DNA of 63,583 bases, the filler included, from Sphacelaria rigidula (taxonomy: Eukaryota), in assembly GCA_964200075.2 (NCBI GenBank). It is 8 parts of 8 records of this genome, joined end to end, with 100 filler letters (N's around TTAATTAATTAA, not from the genome) between each part and the next. Parts side by side here need not be neighbours in the genome. Positions count along the whole stretch, not along the records: positions 7,962 to 15,822 come from CAXNAA020013192.1; positions 15,923 to 23,783 come from CAXNAA020013193.1; 6 more parts are not named here. One strand, 5' to 3'. The first letter of the stretch is position 1. Every line of letters begins with the position of its first letter. Shown here in pieces: positions 11,169 to 23,883 of this stretch. Both the position numbers and the translations under genes were made by a program. The notes under the pieces were generated by a model. That model was not told the DNA's origin. It saw only the letters and a program-made list of their open reading frames with translations, and did no database searches.

Positions 11169-12471
11169 CTGTAGGTGACGGGGGGAGAGGGTGCGCGGCG
11201 GGGAGGACAGAGCATCCGTATTTCGCAACCTAAACGACATCGAGCTTCAAGCTCCATCTACAGACATTTTTTTACACCTTTCCTATCACACATAGATCCC
11301 CCGAGTGATCATGACTACTCTACATCGCTATTATAGTGGTAGGCCGGGCCACGGCTATGTATTCCAGGTGCAGCGTCATCGGCTCACACTGCATGCTCAG
11401 CCGGTCAACAGTGCTGTGTACCCAATGTAGGGCATTCCGAATGCTTACCGCCGAACAGCGCAGACTTCTTGCGCGACACGCGGGTACCTTTTTGCAAAAA
11501 AGGTCCAGTCGTACAGGGGGCTCCATGCAATCACTTCACGCATGCATCATCCGTGCCCTTGTGAGCGGATTTCATGCAACGGCTGACCGTCCGTCATGTA
11601 TCCGCCCACTACTTTCACTGTTGTGAGTACTAGTCGTTTTTCTTGTGGGCTAAAGTAGACAATGTCCTTCTCCTGATACCGCGAAAACAGGTATTTTTGT
11701 TTGACTGTGTTGAATGTTTTCGACTCGCCGGCAGAGTCAGACCTTCTCAGCATCTGTGAGCACTGCAAAAACTTTTACATATGCATGTGTTTGTGCTCGA
11801 CTGCCCCACGACGGACGCTCGAGACCAGTCGAGCTACCAGTCTCGGTTGAGTCAGCCTAAGATAGGGGAGGGGGAGGGGGGCGGGGCGGGGTAGTTGGGG
11901 CCATTTCTTCCACGAAAGCAGCAACACTTGTTCGAACGCGGTTGTTACCAAAAACAACACTAATTCATGGTGCTTGACACTGTTTTCACCCAAATACAAG
12001 CGCACCGAGAGTGTGCAAGGTCCTGTGACACACCCATGAGCCTTTTTTCGTGGAATCAAATACCCCCCCCCCCCTTCAAACGGAGGATCACTCAGTTCTT
12101 ATGCGCAATGCAATGTCGTTTCGTGAGATGGAGAACCCTCTCCTCGTGGGATGAAATATTGGCGAGTGATTGCCCCCCCCTGCGAAAACTGGCACCAATC
12201 GCCGATCCGGACTACACGCCATGGTTTCCGAACCGACCAGCGCGGTCAGGCCTATTTCCTCCCGTCTGTATGCACGGACAAAAATACTGCACAATTATTT
12301 TCCTGTGCGGTCAGGTCAATACTCAAGGTAAAGGTGAAGCACCCAAACCACGCGCTCGCGAACGTCCGACAAAGCAGCACACATTCACAGAGAGGACAAG
12401 GCTGTACACGCTCTCGCGGTACAGCCAGGAGGCACACGTCCAAGTGAGCAACTCCTTCACCTATTACTCAC

Positions 12472-12600
12472 CTGATCGGGAATGAACAGGCCTTCCTCCC
12501 ATCCCGCCAGCCAAGTGGTGTTACTGTCATCCGCAAGAATCACATCACCGAGAGAGATATCGGACCCGGTCGTCCCGTTTGCCTCTCCCGAGGTGAATCC
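12472..12600 (-). CDS. EGF-like domain protein, internal exon a
   Basis: TCAG acceptor, GFTSGEANGTTGSDISLGDVILADDSNTTWLAGWEEGLFIPDQ, GTGAGT donor; 129 bp, phase 0-0. Confidence 0.7.
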
Positions 12601-13499
12601 CTGACATAAAGAGTCAATCATGGGCAATAGAAACACTCAAATAATCGGGGCAAACCTAAACCAAAGGGGACGGCCAACTAAAACAAAGTCGTCGTTGATG
12701 GTGTCACGAGGTGAAAGAAAGAAGAAGCGGGACGATTGATGGACAAAGCAAAAGGAGGGGCCGCTGGAAGGAACAAAGGCGTAAAGGCGTTTGATGCAGA
12801 AACGAAAGACCCGACCTCGTTGAATCGAAGGGGAACATGAACTGGTAAAATGGATGGAGGACGTTGAGCGAGAGCAAAAGAATGAGACAGAAAAACAGGT
12901 GTTGTTGATGTTGGACAGAGATGTTGTTGGAATGAGTGGAGATGGTTGAAAACTCTCACTCTCTCTCACACGCAAGGCGTTTGAAGGTATTGCAAATTAG
13001 GAGTCACACGTTTTACGTAATATAAGTCATGAAAGGGCTCACATGAAAATGACATGATTGTGGGTTTAAAAATTCGTTTACTTTTCAATGGGGCAATGCA
13101 ATGGTAGGGCTGCACATTTTGTTCTATGGGACTCCTTGCTGTGGGAGCCTCTCCGTGGCAAATTGCTGGACCTTAGTGTACAGCCTCAGAAACCGTTTGG
13201 ACTGAAACGTACACCCGCACCGTGGCATCACTCAATGGTAGAATCAGAACAGGTTGGTGGGAATCGTCAGAGCAGAGGCACGAATGACAAGATTCATGGT
13301 CAATATGCGGCTTCATGTGGACGGGACATTATTGAATCTGTCTATTTTTGACAGTTGATGTCACCACATGCACAAGAAGATGGAAGGGGAAACGTCCTAC
13401 GGCAGAGGTCGTTTCGACAGGAACGGGAGACGACGGAGCCCGACAGAGCCCGTCTTACCTGCATGTCGTGGATATTCAGATGAGTACACCTCCACTTCG

Positions 13500-15720
13500 C
13501 AGTGGGGGTATCAGAAACACCAGGAGGATTGCAGAAGCTGATAGAGAAGGTGGAAGGATGCACTAGGAAATGGATACTGACAGCGGACGTAAACAAATGC
13601 GGGATACCTGTATGTAACAAATATACAAATATAGGGACAAACCGGTAGAGTTTAAACGGAAGTGGTGAAAAGAGAAACTGCCGATCACAGACCAGTGTAC
13701 ACACCTCGTCGTAGAGATATCAATAAACTATTCTTTGGATGCACAAAAAAGCGAGGCAATAGAAAAGGGTAAATCACAGATAGGCGGGATGGACGTAATC
13801 CTAGGATCAATATATGTGTTCTAACGAATGTGATTGTACCAATGCTGGAATATGCAGGAGAAGTACGAGAGGGGAACGAGAAGTTAGTGCAGAAGCTGGA
13901 AACAGCACAGATGGTAGTAGCTAAGAAAATACTCGGATGCTCTGAAACGATGAGTGATACAGCATTGCGAGCAGGATTGGGAACGCACCCACTCAAAAGA
14001 AATAGAGTCATGAGAAGAATGAAATGGCGATTTGACGTGAGGAGCATGTCAAGAAAGATGGTATCACCCATAGTTGATGAGGCCGTATGGAAAGAAAGCG
14101 ATGGAAGGGCAGGCTGGAAGAAGGTAGGATAGCGTCGAGAAAGTATGGAAGGACATGGGAGGAAACCAAGGCGCGAGAATGCTCGTAGGTGAACATGGCG
14201 AGTAAAAGACAGAAGTAAGAAGCATGATAGAGTTGAGGAGAAAAGAGCACCAAGACGGAAAATGGACGAGGAAGAGCACCTAACGATATACGAGGGGTTG
14301 AGAAAAGGGATATGGTAGTTTTCATCTGATGTGGGAGGATTTTGTAATTTTTTCGTAGTTGACGATTTTCGATGTTTTTTGCCGCGTGCCATTGCCCATC
14401 CCAGCGAGCGGTTGATCCCAACGTTCGGGAGTCGGGAGACAGTAGGCATCCGCTCCACATTCCGAAACAAAAGTCGTCTCTGCGCTCAATATTGAAGGAC
14501 TTTCGAGCTCAATTGACAGGGGTTGTTAAAAAACGTTTCAGGTCGAAACCAATTGTTTCCAGCTCCAGCGCAATAAATGGGTTGGAAAAAGTTAATAGTA
14601 ACCCGTGAAACCATTCATGAGGGTGATCGGAAATGGATCACCCCCGCCTGTGCTATGCAGAGCTCGGTTGGGTAATTTCCGTCTCGGCTTAATTTTCTCA
14701 ATTTTCTCGTTTGCTTCTGTCCTTGGCGCTTAAAAATCTGAGCGTCGATAGTTATTGGGAAGAGAAGCAGGTCGTGCTCAGAAACACAACCCTCAATTGG
14801 GGCTGTCGGGATGATACGGAGTAAGTACCTTGTTGATAAGGGGGTGTTATCGATCGTCACTGGTCCAAAAAACACAGTTTTTGAGGCCTAGCGCATTAAA
14901 AAAGTTAGAAACTAGACAAGCAACCCTTTTCATTTGTTCATGAGAACGATTGATATTGCTTCAATCGAGCAAAATACACAAGGGTCAGAACCTGGGCTGG
15001 GTAGTCTCAGGACCCCCCAAAACCGGTCAGTCCGTAAGTCTTTCAACAATAAGCACAGATGTGACCTTATTTCGGAATGGTCAAAAAATGCCTAGTATCT
15101 CCCCATCCCCAAACTTTGGGACCAAACGTTCACTGGGATGAGCGGTGGCACGAGAAGATACTTTCGAATATCCCAGACTACAAAAAGCTACGAAAATTTC
15201 CTACTTCAAATGTAAACTACTGCAGAGATAAAAACATATCTGCATGGCCCAATGGTTTCCGCGGAATTATCAAAAGTGCGATTTCGGGCGGGGGACCTGG
15301 ACCTGCCACAAAGAAGAAAGAGGTATATCGGTAGTCGAGTGAAAAGAGGAAGTAGATGCACAGAATTTCCCCTGTGGCGAAGCACCTGAGCGTATGAGTT
15401 ATGTAGTGGCAGAATGTAAACTATACAAGGAGGAACGGGGCGTGATAGAGGGAGAAATGTGGGAAGTAGACGAAGGTGCCATGCAATCGTTTGAAATATT
15501 AGACAGGAGCGGAGAAACGATCGCTACGCTAGGAGATAGATGGTGACCACAGACGGCGAATCAGGATGTGGACAAGATATCTAAAGTATGTTTGTGTGAT
15601 GTATGGAAGAAACGTTATGAGCGCCAAAGCGCTGAAGATGTCTCGACTAGGAGTAGAAACGGTGCCCCGTCTCAAAAGGGGTGCGTGATCAATGACCAAA
15701 TGACTAAGGCAAGCAACATA
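13500..15720 (+). mobile_element. 5'-truncated decayed LINE (RT C-terminal part, thumb, CCHC-like zinc motif, 3' end)
   Basis: VGVSETPGGLQK, IVPMLEYAGEV...KKILGCS, LHGPM...RFRAGDLDLP, PCG...VVAECKLYKEER. Split by an insertion at 14314-15221. Confidence 0.85.
14314..15221. mobile_element. Non-autonomous TIR DNA element inside the LINE
   Basis: Imperfect TIRs of about 150 bp (GGTAGTTTTCATCTGATGTGGGA / TTCCTACTTCAAATGTAAACTACT). LINE homology resumes on both sides. Confidence 0.75.
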
Positions 15721-16371
15721 TACGTACCAAAAATTCGACTTAACGGTTGACGAGGGAAAGGGACTGCTGAACCCCTCTCGCGATAAAACAAGAAAGGCAA
15801 GCACCGCAGAAGGAAGGGGGGGNNNNNNNNNNNNNNNNNNNNNNNNNNNNNNNNNNNNNNNNNNNNTTAATTAATTAANNNNNNNNNNNNNNNNNNNNNN
15901 NNNNNNNNNNNNNNNNNNNNNNCGGCTTTGTAGGGATGCGAGGTCAATGGTCTGATGACTATGGCATGCATGATCATGAGTACACCCCCCCAAATCAAAC
16001 CTAAACCTGTCGCGAATAAAATGGCCATACAACACATGATAGTTAGTTTCAGACCACATGAAGCGCCTCACGTGGGCGATATTTTTCCGAAAAACGATCC
16101 CACGCGTGGGGAGTTCCCAGCTGCTCTGTGCACTCGGCTCTTTTTTGTCATATTGATTCGCATGTAGATTTTGCCTCGTCAAACCAGGCACGTCCTCGGG
16201 CAGGGCCTATCGCGGCAGCACTCCGTCGGAGCTATTTTCGTCTGCGTAAGATTGAAACCTTAGGCCCTAACCCACCCTTGTGGGGTACATCCGCTAGGGT
16301 TACAGTACGCATGCATTTGGTTTCGTACGAGAGCACCACACTAATAGGACGTCGTCGCCATCGAACTGCAG

Positions 16372-16510
16372 GCTTGAGCTTCGAGAACAGAAGGTCCGCT
16401 TGGACAAGGAGTTTGGAGAAATGCTCGGAAAGATCGCCGACCGAAAGGACCGCCTGCTCCACATGGAAAAGAAACTTGCCACGCTCGACAGGACCCGTCT
16501 CGGAAAAGAG
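16372..16510 (+). CDS. Coiled-coil/SAM/ankyrin protein, exon 1 seen
   Basis: CTGCAG acceptor, LELREQKVRLDKEFGEMLGKIADRKDRLLHMEKKLATLDRTRLGKE, GT donor; heptad-like. Confidence 0.75.
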
Positions 16511-16841
16511 GTGTTCGTTTTGTTTCGAGCTTCGGGATTTTTTTTCGGTTAGAAATAGTGTTGTTACCAACCCCCGCTTTCTCTGATACCGATAACTTCC
16601 ACGAGCATCACTCACCACATTTCGGATGAGCGAAGCCGAGGTCGCCCTTCGCAGGCTGCGCGAACATCCATATGCCGCCTTTTCTGCCGCAAGACTCCGG
16701 TCGCCTGACAATGGCCAACAGTGTAAAAGCTCCATCGAAGTATAATCCATTTGTAAGCCTTGTCTATTCCATCCTGCTCATTTATTCCGCGCGCTGAAGT
16801 TGACTCACATGATACGCTCTGATGATCTCCACGATTCGTAG

Positions 16842-17417
16842 GAAGAGCTCCGAACCCTGGAGCGCAAACTGGTGGTACTACTCGAAGAACAACAGCGAGA
16901 GCTGGAGAGTATTCGGCGCCGCCAAGAAAAAAAGGGGGCTCTCCTGCTCAAAGCTGGGGGCGACAGCGGCGGCAGCGGTATGACGGGGGAAGGCGGGGCG
17001 TTTGGGGTATCGATAGGCGGCGGGGGGCCGTCGGCCAAAGACAAACGTCAGGCGGCTCAGCTCATGCAATCCACGGAAACACTGATGAAGTTCGGCTTCA
17101 TGTCAATGTCTATGACATACTTCAGCAGTCTCAACATGATCCGGGCCATGCGCAGCGTTGGCGCGTCGGACACGGTAATGGCGGCGCTCGCGCACAATAA
17201 TAATGTCGCGGAGGCTCGAGGTCAGGCTAGCGGCGGCGACGCGGGGGAGGGAGTCGGTGCGGGTGGAGGTGGAGGTTCTCACGGGGCAGCGCTGGAGCAA
17301 AATGAAAAGATGGGGGCGGAGCCGTTCCGACCGACGCTCAAGCCTGGGCAGCTTCCGGGGCAAGAGCCGCTGACGGTGGCCGCGTGGAGCGTCGATGACG
17401 TGGCTAGATGGCTACAG
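16842..17417 (+). CDS. Coiled-coil/SAM/ankyrin protein, exon 2
   Basis: EELRTLERKLVVLLEEQQRELE...VAAWSVDDVARWLQ (SAM helix 1); 576 bp, AG/GT bounded. Confidence 0.9.
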
Positions 17418-17469
17418 GTACATTTTGGCGTCCTGTTTGCGAACATGGATATTGCACGACGTTTCTGTC

Positions 17470-17610
17470 GGTCTCTGTCCGTCTCTGTCAGTCTGTCAGT
17501 CTGTCAAGCTGTCAGGCTGTCTGTCTCTGTCTCTGTTCCTCTTTCTATATTCCTCTCTGTTCCTCTCTGTCTCTCTCCGTCTGTCTCTCTCCGTTGCTCT
17601 GTCTCTGCTC
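17470..17610. repeat. (CTGT/CT)n low-complexity tract
   Basis: Direct reading; intronic. Confidence 0.85.
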
Positions 17611-17965
17611 CCTGTGCGTTTCGTTGCACCGAAACTCGGCGGGAGGGTGCTCGAACAGTTTATTTCATGAGACCTGCCGCCGAATTTGGTCACCTACATA
17701 TGTGTTGATACCTCTTTCAGGAGGTGTTGTTGGGAAGCGTTAACAATGGAGAACACTTCTCACCTCTCTGGGACACGTCGTCAATGCCCAGCACGCAATA
17801 TGCAGGACCGCGGACACATGGATTGATGAACGGCACGTTGGCATGACCTAATTTTTTATTAGGATTGCTCGTCTGTCTGCAGTATGCGCGCTCATCGCGT
17901 GGTGTTTGCGCTACTGATACTCGTAACACCTCACCATTCATCCATCCTCTACCCAATACCGTCTT

Positions 17966-19996
17966 CACAGTTCGTACGAATCAGAGTTCATACGGGTTGA
18001 CTCCCTATGAATGTTGAGTGCGAGTCATGTACCAATGAGTCATCCAGTATGAATAACGGATGATTAAGTTGTATGTCCAAGGTCATACCGCACGAATCAC
18101 AGACTGGGAAATATGTGCACTCCAAGTAGTATCAGACGAATCAATAGTGCAAATTATGTATGAGTCACACTTCCTGTATGAGTCTTGGGTGGGAATCATG
18201 TACGCTCGATTCATCTCGAATGCACCGGAGGTAGGGAACATGTACGTACGGTTCATGCTGCATGAACGGAGATGGGGAAATATGTACGCTTGATTCACCT
18301 CGTATGGATGGTAGGCGCAGAACATGTACGTACGATTCATGCTGCATGGACGGAAATTGGGAAACATGTACGTGTGATTCACCTCGTATGAATGGAAGGT
18401 GCAGAACGCGTGCCTATGGTTCACGCTGCATTGATGAAAGGGGAGATACGTGTGCGCTTGATTATCCTCGTATGAATGAAAGGCGGAAAACATGTATACA
18501 TGATTCATGCTCACGAACGCAAGTTGGAAAACATGTGCATGAATCACGTGATTCATGCTGTATGAATCATAGGATAAACAGCTGGGAGAATCACTCTATA
18601 ATAGGCGCGCAGATGCGTGCTGTGCCATGCTGTACCGTACTGCCCGCGGACTGCGGAGTACGCTGCCGGAATTTCCCCGAAAAATCCCGCGAGCATGGGG
18701 GGACAACTCATGCTGGTGCTGTGTTCTCCGCAAGTTTTCGTGGTGTTGTATACAGTATGTTCGCAGAACACAACATGAAATTACAAAGACTGTCGATATA
18801 GCATAGCTCGGGGGCGGGTAAACTGGCTATAAACACCGCTCTGGACAGGCAGACACGTGCGCGGTTCTATCGTTGATGTGTTTCGTGAGAGTGCAAAAAT
18901 ATGAAATTGGGTTCATTGCGGATTTGGCTCTTGAGGGGTCCGCGACCTGTACGATCTTACTCACCTACTCCACCTGAAAACGGCCGCACTACCGAAGAAG
19001 CTCCACAGGTCCGTCGGACAGCTCATGAGCTACCCAAAATAATCGATCGAAGGGGACTGACTCTCAGATCCCCTATCCAAAAACACAAATTACGTGACAG
19101 CGGGTTCCGAGAAGTCAAAGCGCTACAACCTTTGCGCTACTCCGCGAGCTCGGTGTCCAGCGCTGCAGGGTGCAAACATGGAAAAAGCAGCCACATGAGC
19201 CTGCTATGTCGTTCTGTTCGACCTCTCTTTTTTTTTCCTTGGAGCGTGACACCACGGCTGTACCCCTGGGGAGTCAGTTAAAGTGCGACAATCAATCAAT
19301 CAATCAATTATGAGCCAACTCGTGATCCGGATCAGTACACTAATAACAAGTAATATTCAGGTAGCTCATGAGGTGTCCGGCCTGTGGAAGAGTCGCGCCC
19401 CATGAAATGACAGGTGGGGAGCAACATGTTCACGTGATTTATATCGAATGAGCAGAAGAAGGTGTAGAGCATGTACGCATGATTCGCGCTGCATAAAACG
19501 AAAAGTGGGAAACATATGCACTTGATTCATTTTGCATGAATGGAAAGCGGGGAGAACATGTAGGTATGATGTCATGTCGCATGAATGGAATTTGGGAATC
19601 ATGTACGACGCCTGGTTTACCTCGTGTGAATGGAAGCAAGGGAACATGTACGTCTGATTGATTCATGCTGCATGAGCGGAAATTTGGAATTATGTACGCT
19701 TGATTCACCTCATATGAATGGAAGGTGGGGAACGTGTGCCCATGAATCATGCTGAATGAATGGAAATTGGGAAACGTGTACCTGTCACTCACACCATACG
19801 AATGGAAGGTAGGAAACATGAACCTTTGACGGTGTACCGCACGAATCACGAACTGGGAATGTGTACGCTCAAAGTGGACTTGTACGAATCACGACCCCAA
19901 AACGTGTACACATCGCAACTTGTGTACGAATCGTATGATTGATTCGTCCACATGCTAGATATGAATCGAATCGCAATTTTATTCGTCCGAGCCGTG
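17966..19996. mobile_element. TIR element made of about 38/77-bp tandem repeats (GAACATGTACG..GATTCA..ATGAATGGAA), with a central insert
   Basis: Ends CACAGTTCGTACGAAT / ATTCGTCCGAGCCGTG; arrays at about 18090-18570 and 19400-19940. Confidence 0.7.
19200..19308 (+). mobile_element. (ATCA)n-tailed retroelement 3' end
   Basis: CACGGCTGTACCCCTGGGG..TCAGTTAAAGTGCGAC(AATC)n. Copies at 23090-23260, 42070-42277, 42480-42690 (-), and a degenerate one near 9285-9340. Confidence 0.8.
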
Positions 19997-20143
19997 AACG
20001 TCTCCACACGGCACATACGTGAACAAAACAAGACAACCACTTTTATCACACACGCACACGTTAACTTCATCTCTACCTTTTCCCCCTCCTGACTCGCCAC
20101 CCGTGACTCCCCTTGTTGAACCGGTCGCCTGCTGTTGTTGCAG

Positions 20144-20341
20144 ACTCTAACTTTGACCCAGTACCAGGAGGCGTTTATTTCGGCGGCGGTAGACGGCGCT
20201 TTCCTGTACGATCTAAACGATGACGATCTGAAGAGTAGCCTCGGTGTCGAGCATCGGCTACACCGAAAGAAGATCCTGAACTCCATCGTCAGACTCAAGG
20301 CCGCGGAGTTGGAGAGGGTCCGACCCGTTTCGCTGAGCACG
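20144..20341 (+). CDS. Coiled-coil/SAM/ankyrin protein, exon 3 (SAM domain)
   Basis: TLTLTQYQEAFISAAVDGAFLYDLNDDDLKSSLGVEHRLHRKKILNSI is a canonical SAM pattern; GTAAGC donor. Confidence 0.92.
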
Positions 20342-21292
20342 GTAAGCGATGATGATGGCCTTGATTTTTGCGGTTTATTTCCTCTTGAATTTCCTTCGTG
20401 TTTCGTCCGCATCAGAGTATCTCGTGTCCGAATATTTCATCCGTAAGGCGCCATTGGATCCGTGGTCCGTATCACTGGGTTGAAGGTGAATTGGACATGA
20501 CTTGCAGGACACGATTGCTGCCACAGTAGATCCTACGACAAAAGACACGGGTCACATTAACTTGCTATCTCTCATTTTTTCCGACGCGCGGTTCGACTAC
20601 AAGTGCTATACATATTTTGTATACCATTGTGTGATTTGCGACTGGTAATAAGGGGTAGGAAATCTATCATTGTGTTAGTCGCTCGATGTATCGCTGAGGG
20701 ACTCAGGTGGCCGCGTTGAGGTTTGAAAGTGGCGGTGTAATAGTGATGGGTGTCACCGATATCATTCCAGTAAAAAACGCGCCATATTCACGCGATTCCG
20801 TTGGTTGATGCATACCGGTTGACAATAAACCGGTTCGCCTTTTTGGAATATAGCAAGTAGCATTAAATTTGTCCCGCATTGCAGCTTAGATTACAGTTCT
20901 CATTTGTTCCCGCGGAGTTACTTAAGCAAAAGTGGCGCCAATGCTATGTTTCCAATGTAACTTCCCCATCCACCCCGACTTTCTGTACGAGTTGAGTCCA
21001 TTAAGAACGGAAGGTATTACGGTTCTTGACTTGAAAACACACACACACACACGCGCGCGCGCGCGCGAGAAAACACTTCATTTGGCCGAAAGTTACGCTG
21101 GATGAAAAGTTCATGAAATCGATTGATAGACCCAGCTGCAAAAACCGCCTGGAAACAATTTATTAATTGTACAGTATATTTCCCCGCGACTCTCTCTCTC
21201 TATAGTGCCGCCGCCGTCGCCGCCGCTACTGCTGGTGCTCTCCCCGCATGAACTCGAAAACATACAAGGCGGTATCAAGTCGACACACACAG

Positions 21293-21464
21293 GCACAGCC
21301 GGGCGCTTCTCCCGAAACACTCCAAGACGTCAACTTCGCCCAGTCGGCCATGGGAGATGCAGCTGAAGCTGTCGGGCGTCCGAGAACGGCTGACACCGGG
21401 GGACGCGCCACCCCGAACGCCGTGCCGATACAGTTCAAGGAGTTGGTGGTGCTAACACGTCGAG
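21293..21464 (+). CDS. Coiled-coil/SAM/ankyrin protein, exon 4
   Basis: AQPGASPETLQD...PIQFKELVVLTRR, phase 0-1. The acceptor choice is uncertain. Confidence 0.65.
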
Positions 21465-21514
21465 GTGATTAGATCCAGGAACGAACGGGGTTGAAGGGGG
21501 TGGGAAGGGGGGGG

Positions 21515-21624
21515 CGTACTCATTTGTTGCAGTCGTTTGACCATTGACCACTCACCCCTTTCGGGATGGAGCACCGTTCCTACTCCTAGTAGAGACTCCT
21601 CCAATATTTGGGCGCTCATTACGT
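21515..21624 (-). mobile_element. Short 3' fragment of the C-ended LINE inside a G-tract
   Basis: Homologous to 15610-15720; G-runs on both sides. Confidence 0.8.
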
Positions 21625-22437
21625 GAGGTTGGGGGGGGGGAGACACCGAGAACAGAAATGACTACTTACTTGGAGGACACTTTTTCAATGCTTCATCTGA
21701 TACGGTACTTGGAGAACATTACGGGAGTCAAGAGAGAAGACGACAAAAAATGAAATGCCGAGCAGGTTTTATGTACATGTATGTTGCGGTGCTGTATGTT
21801 TGTATCACCCGGAGTCTTACAGTCTTCGATTGTTGGGTGCCTGACAGGGTTATTTGTACTATTACATAAGAAGAAGGGACGGGGGCGGGCGGTGGATGCA
21901 GATCCAGGCAATTACACCCTCAGCATCGTTTGCGTCACATTCAACGCGGCAGTACGGTGTTGTGTATCCACGGACGTACAACAGTTCCGCGTGAAGGATT
22001 GGCACGCGCAGAAAAAAAGAAAAACAAGAGGCTCCACGTACTGAACCGCATGATAAGCTCTACTATAACAAAACGCATGCAGCCGAAACACACGAAGATT
22101 AGGCCAAGCGAAACATCTCACCATACATACCGCTTGGTTGCGCTCTCTGAAGGCAAGAAATCCCGTACATGTCACCACCGCTATTCATTGCAATTATAAG
22201 AGACACTCAGTTTGTTGGAGCCTCTGTGGGGATGCGCAGCACACAGGGTAGGTATGCCAGCGGCACGATACTCTTGTGGTGGGTTGTCGGCATCGCCTTA
22301 TGTTTGGTCGTTGCGTTCGTTCGCGGAATCGAGAGCTCAACCTGGTTTCCAGCGGGCGCCCCAGTGTAACACTCTAACCTAGCTCACCTCACTCTGCATT
22401 TTTTGGAAACTGTACGGTGTACGCGGCTTCACCCCAG

Positions 22438-22559
22438 ACAAGTACAAGAAGATCCGAGAGACACTGGAGCCTTTACCAGAGCGCCGCTTCGACCCCAGCA
22501 TCGTCCGAGTATCGTACGTGCAGGGTTATGGCACCGCCTACGTCGACGCCTACGAGCAG
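22438..22559 (+). CDS. Coiled-coil/SAM/ankyrin protein, exon 5
   Basis: DKYKKIRETLEPLPERRFDPSIVRVSYVQGYGTAYVDAYEQ; phase 1-0 fits both neighbours. Confidence 0.8.
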
Positions 22560-23576
22560 GTGAATGCATGCCCACGATGCCATTAAGGAAGCACGAAACC
22601 CATCTGCGGGGAAATAGGCGCCATGGTCGTCGTATTGTTGGCCCTTCCACTTTATTCTCCGTGTCTGCTCATGCCATTATTTTCTTGCGGCTTCATGTTA
22701 TTTTACATCGTTTTTTTTACGTCGGTAGCGTGTCCGTTACGGGCTAGGGCAAGGTGCACGCTGGCGCGTGGACAACTCCCGTAGGTACAATATCTACCTT
22801 CGATTCGAAGGCCTTGCGCGCCATCGCGCCGTCAACTCGCAGATTCAAATTTAAAGCCGAACGTTCAAGTGAAAGGTTCAACATGAATGTTGTGTCTCCA
22901 TCTTTTTGGAGATTGATTGATTGCACTCAATCTCCGTGAAGCCTCAACTACACTTTCAAGTCGAACCCTTGCATGCGAATTCGTAGGGTCAAGTTGAGCC
23001 CCTCTGGATCCAGCGGCAGCTGTTAAATAAGTTGAAGACAAACCTCGCATTCAACCTAAACCTTTTTGGAGTCGAGTATTTCGTTCATAGTAAACCCCTC
23101 TTTTTTTTTCTGTTCCTATTTTTTTCCCCTTCTGTTCCTTTTTAATTTCCCCCTTATAGCATGTTTCAGTTTCGTTCTTTTTGGGTATGTCTATCAGGAG
23201 ACCACGACTGTACCCCTGGGGGATCAGTTAAAGTGCGACAATCAATCAATCAATCAATCAGTAAAGGTCCGAAAGCACATATCCATTCACATTAGAGGTT
23301 CAGGTTAAAGATCCCGCAAGGGGTTTGTTTCACTCGTTCGAGTCGGTGGAGACCCCAGGTATGAACACACCTTCAAGTTTAGGCTTCAAGTCGGTACTTC
23401 AAAGTCGACCTTTCAACTCGTGTCTTAAATTTTCGATTCGAACCCTTCGACTTCAACTTGACACAATGACGAGCCAACTCCTGCCCCCCCCCCCCCCACT
23501 CCCGACCACCATTCTCTGCCCCGGATAATCATTCCGCCGTGCCTACCTCCGCGCGTGTGTGCACATATATGTACAG

Positions 23577-23699
23577 GAACCGTTCAACCTAAACAAGGTG
23601 GACGAGCACGGGAACACCCTTCTCATAGTAGCTGCGCAAAACGGCAACATCAAGGCAGCCAAACTCTTTGTCTACAAAGGCGCCAATCCCAACCATCAG
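23577..23699 (+). CDS. Coiled-coil/SAM/ankyrin protein, exon 6 (ankyrin repeat)
   Basis: EPFNLNKVDEHGNTLLIVAAQNGNIKAAKLFVYKGANPNHQ fits the ankyrin consensus; AG/GT bounded. Confidence 0.92.
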
Positions 23700-23883
23700 G
23701 TGCGCTTATTTGTCTGCGGGAGAGGGGCGGCGGCGGGGGGGGGGGAGGGGGGTACCCATGATCACGCATGCCATAGTCATCAGNNNNNNNNNNNNNNNNN
23801 NNNNNNNNNNNNNNNNNNNNNNNNNNNTTAATTAATTAANNNNNNNNNNNNNNNNNNNNNNNNNNNNNNNNNNNNNNNNNNNN

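Noticed and set aside
13453-13537. Apparent minus-strand exon with good AG/GTAAG signals upstream of the EGF-like gene
   Set aside because: Most of it is plus-strand LINE RT sequence (VGVSETPGGLQK).
16232-16750. 172-aa minus-strand ORF
   Set aside because: Antisense shadow of the coiled-coil exon; similar shadows occur at 19846-20412 and 46239-47144.
22850-23465. TTCAAG/TCGAACC-rich repeat element in an intron
   Set aside because: Motif recurrence is visible, but I could not define termini or a TSD.
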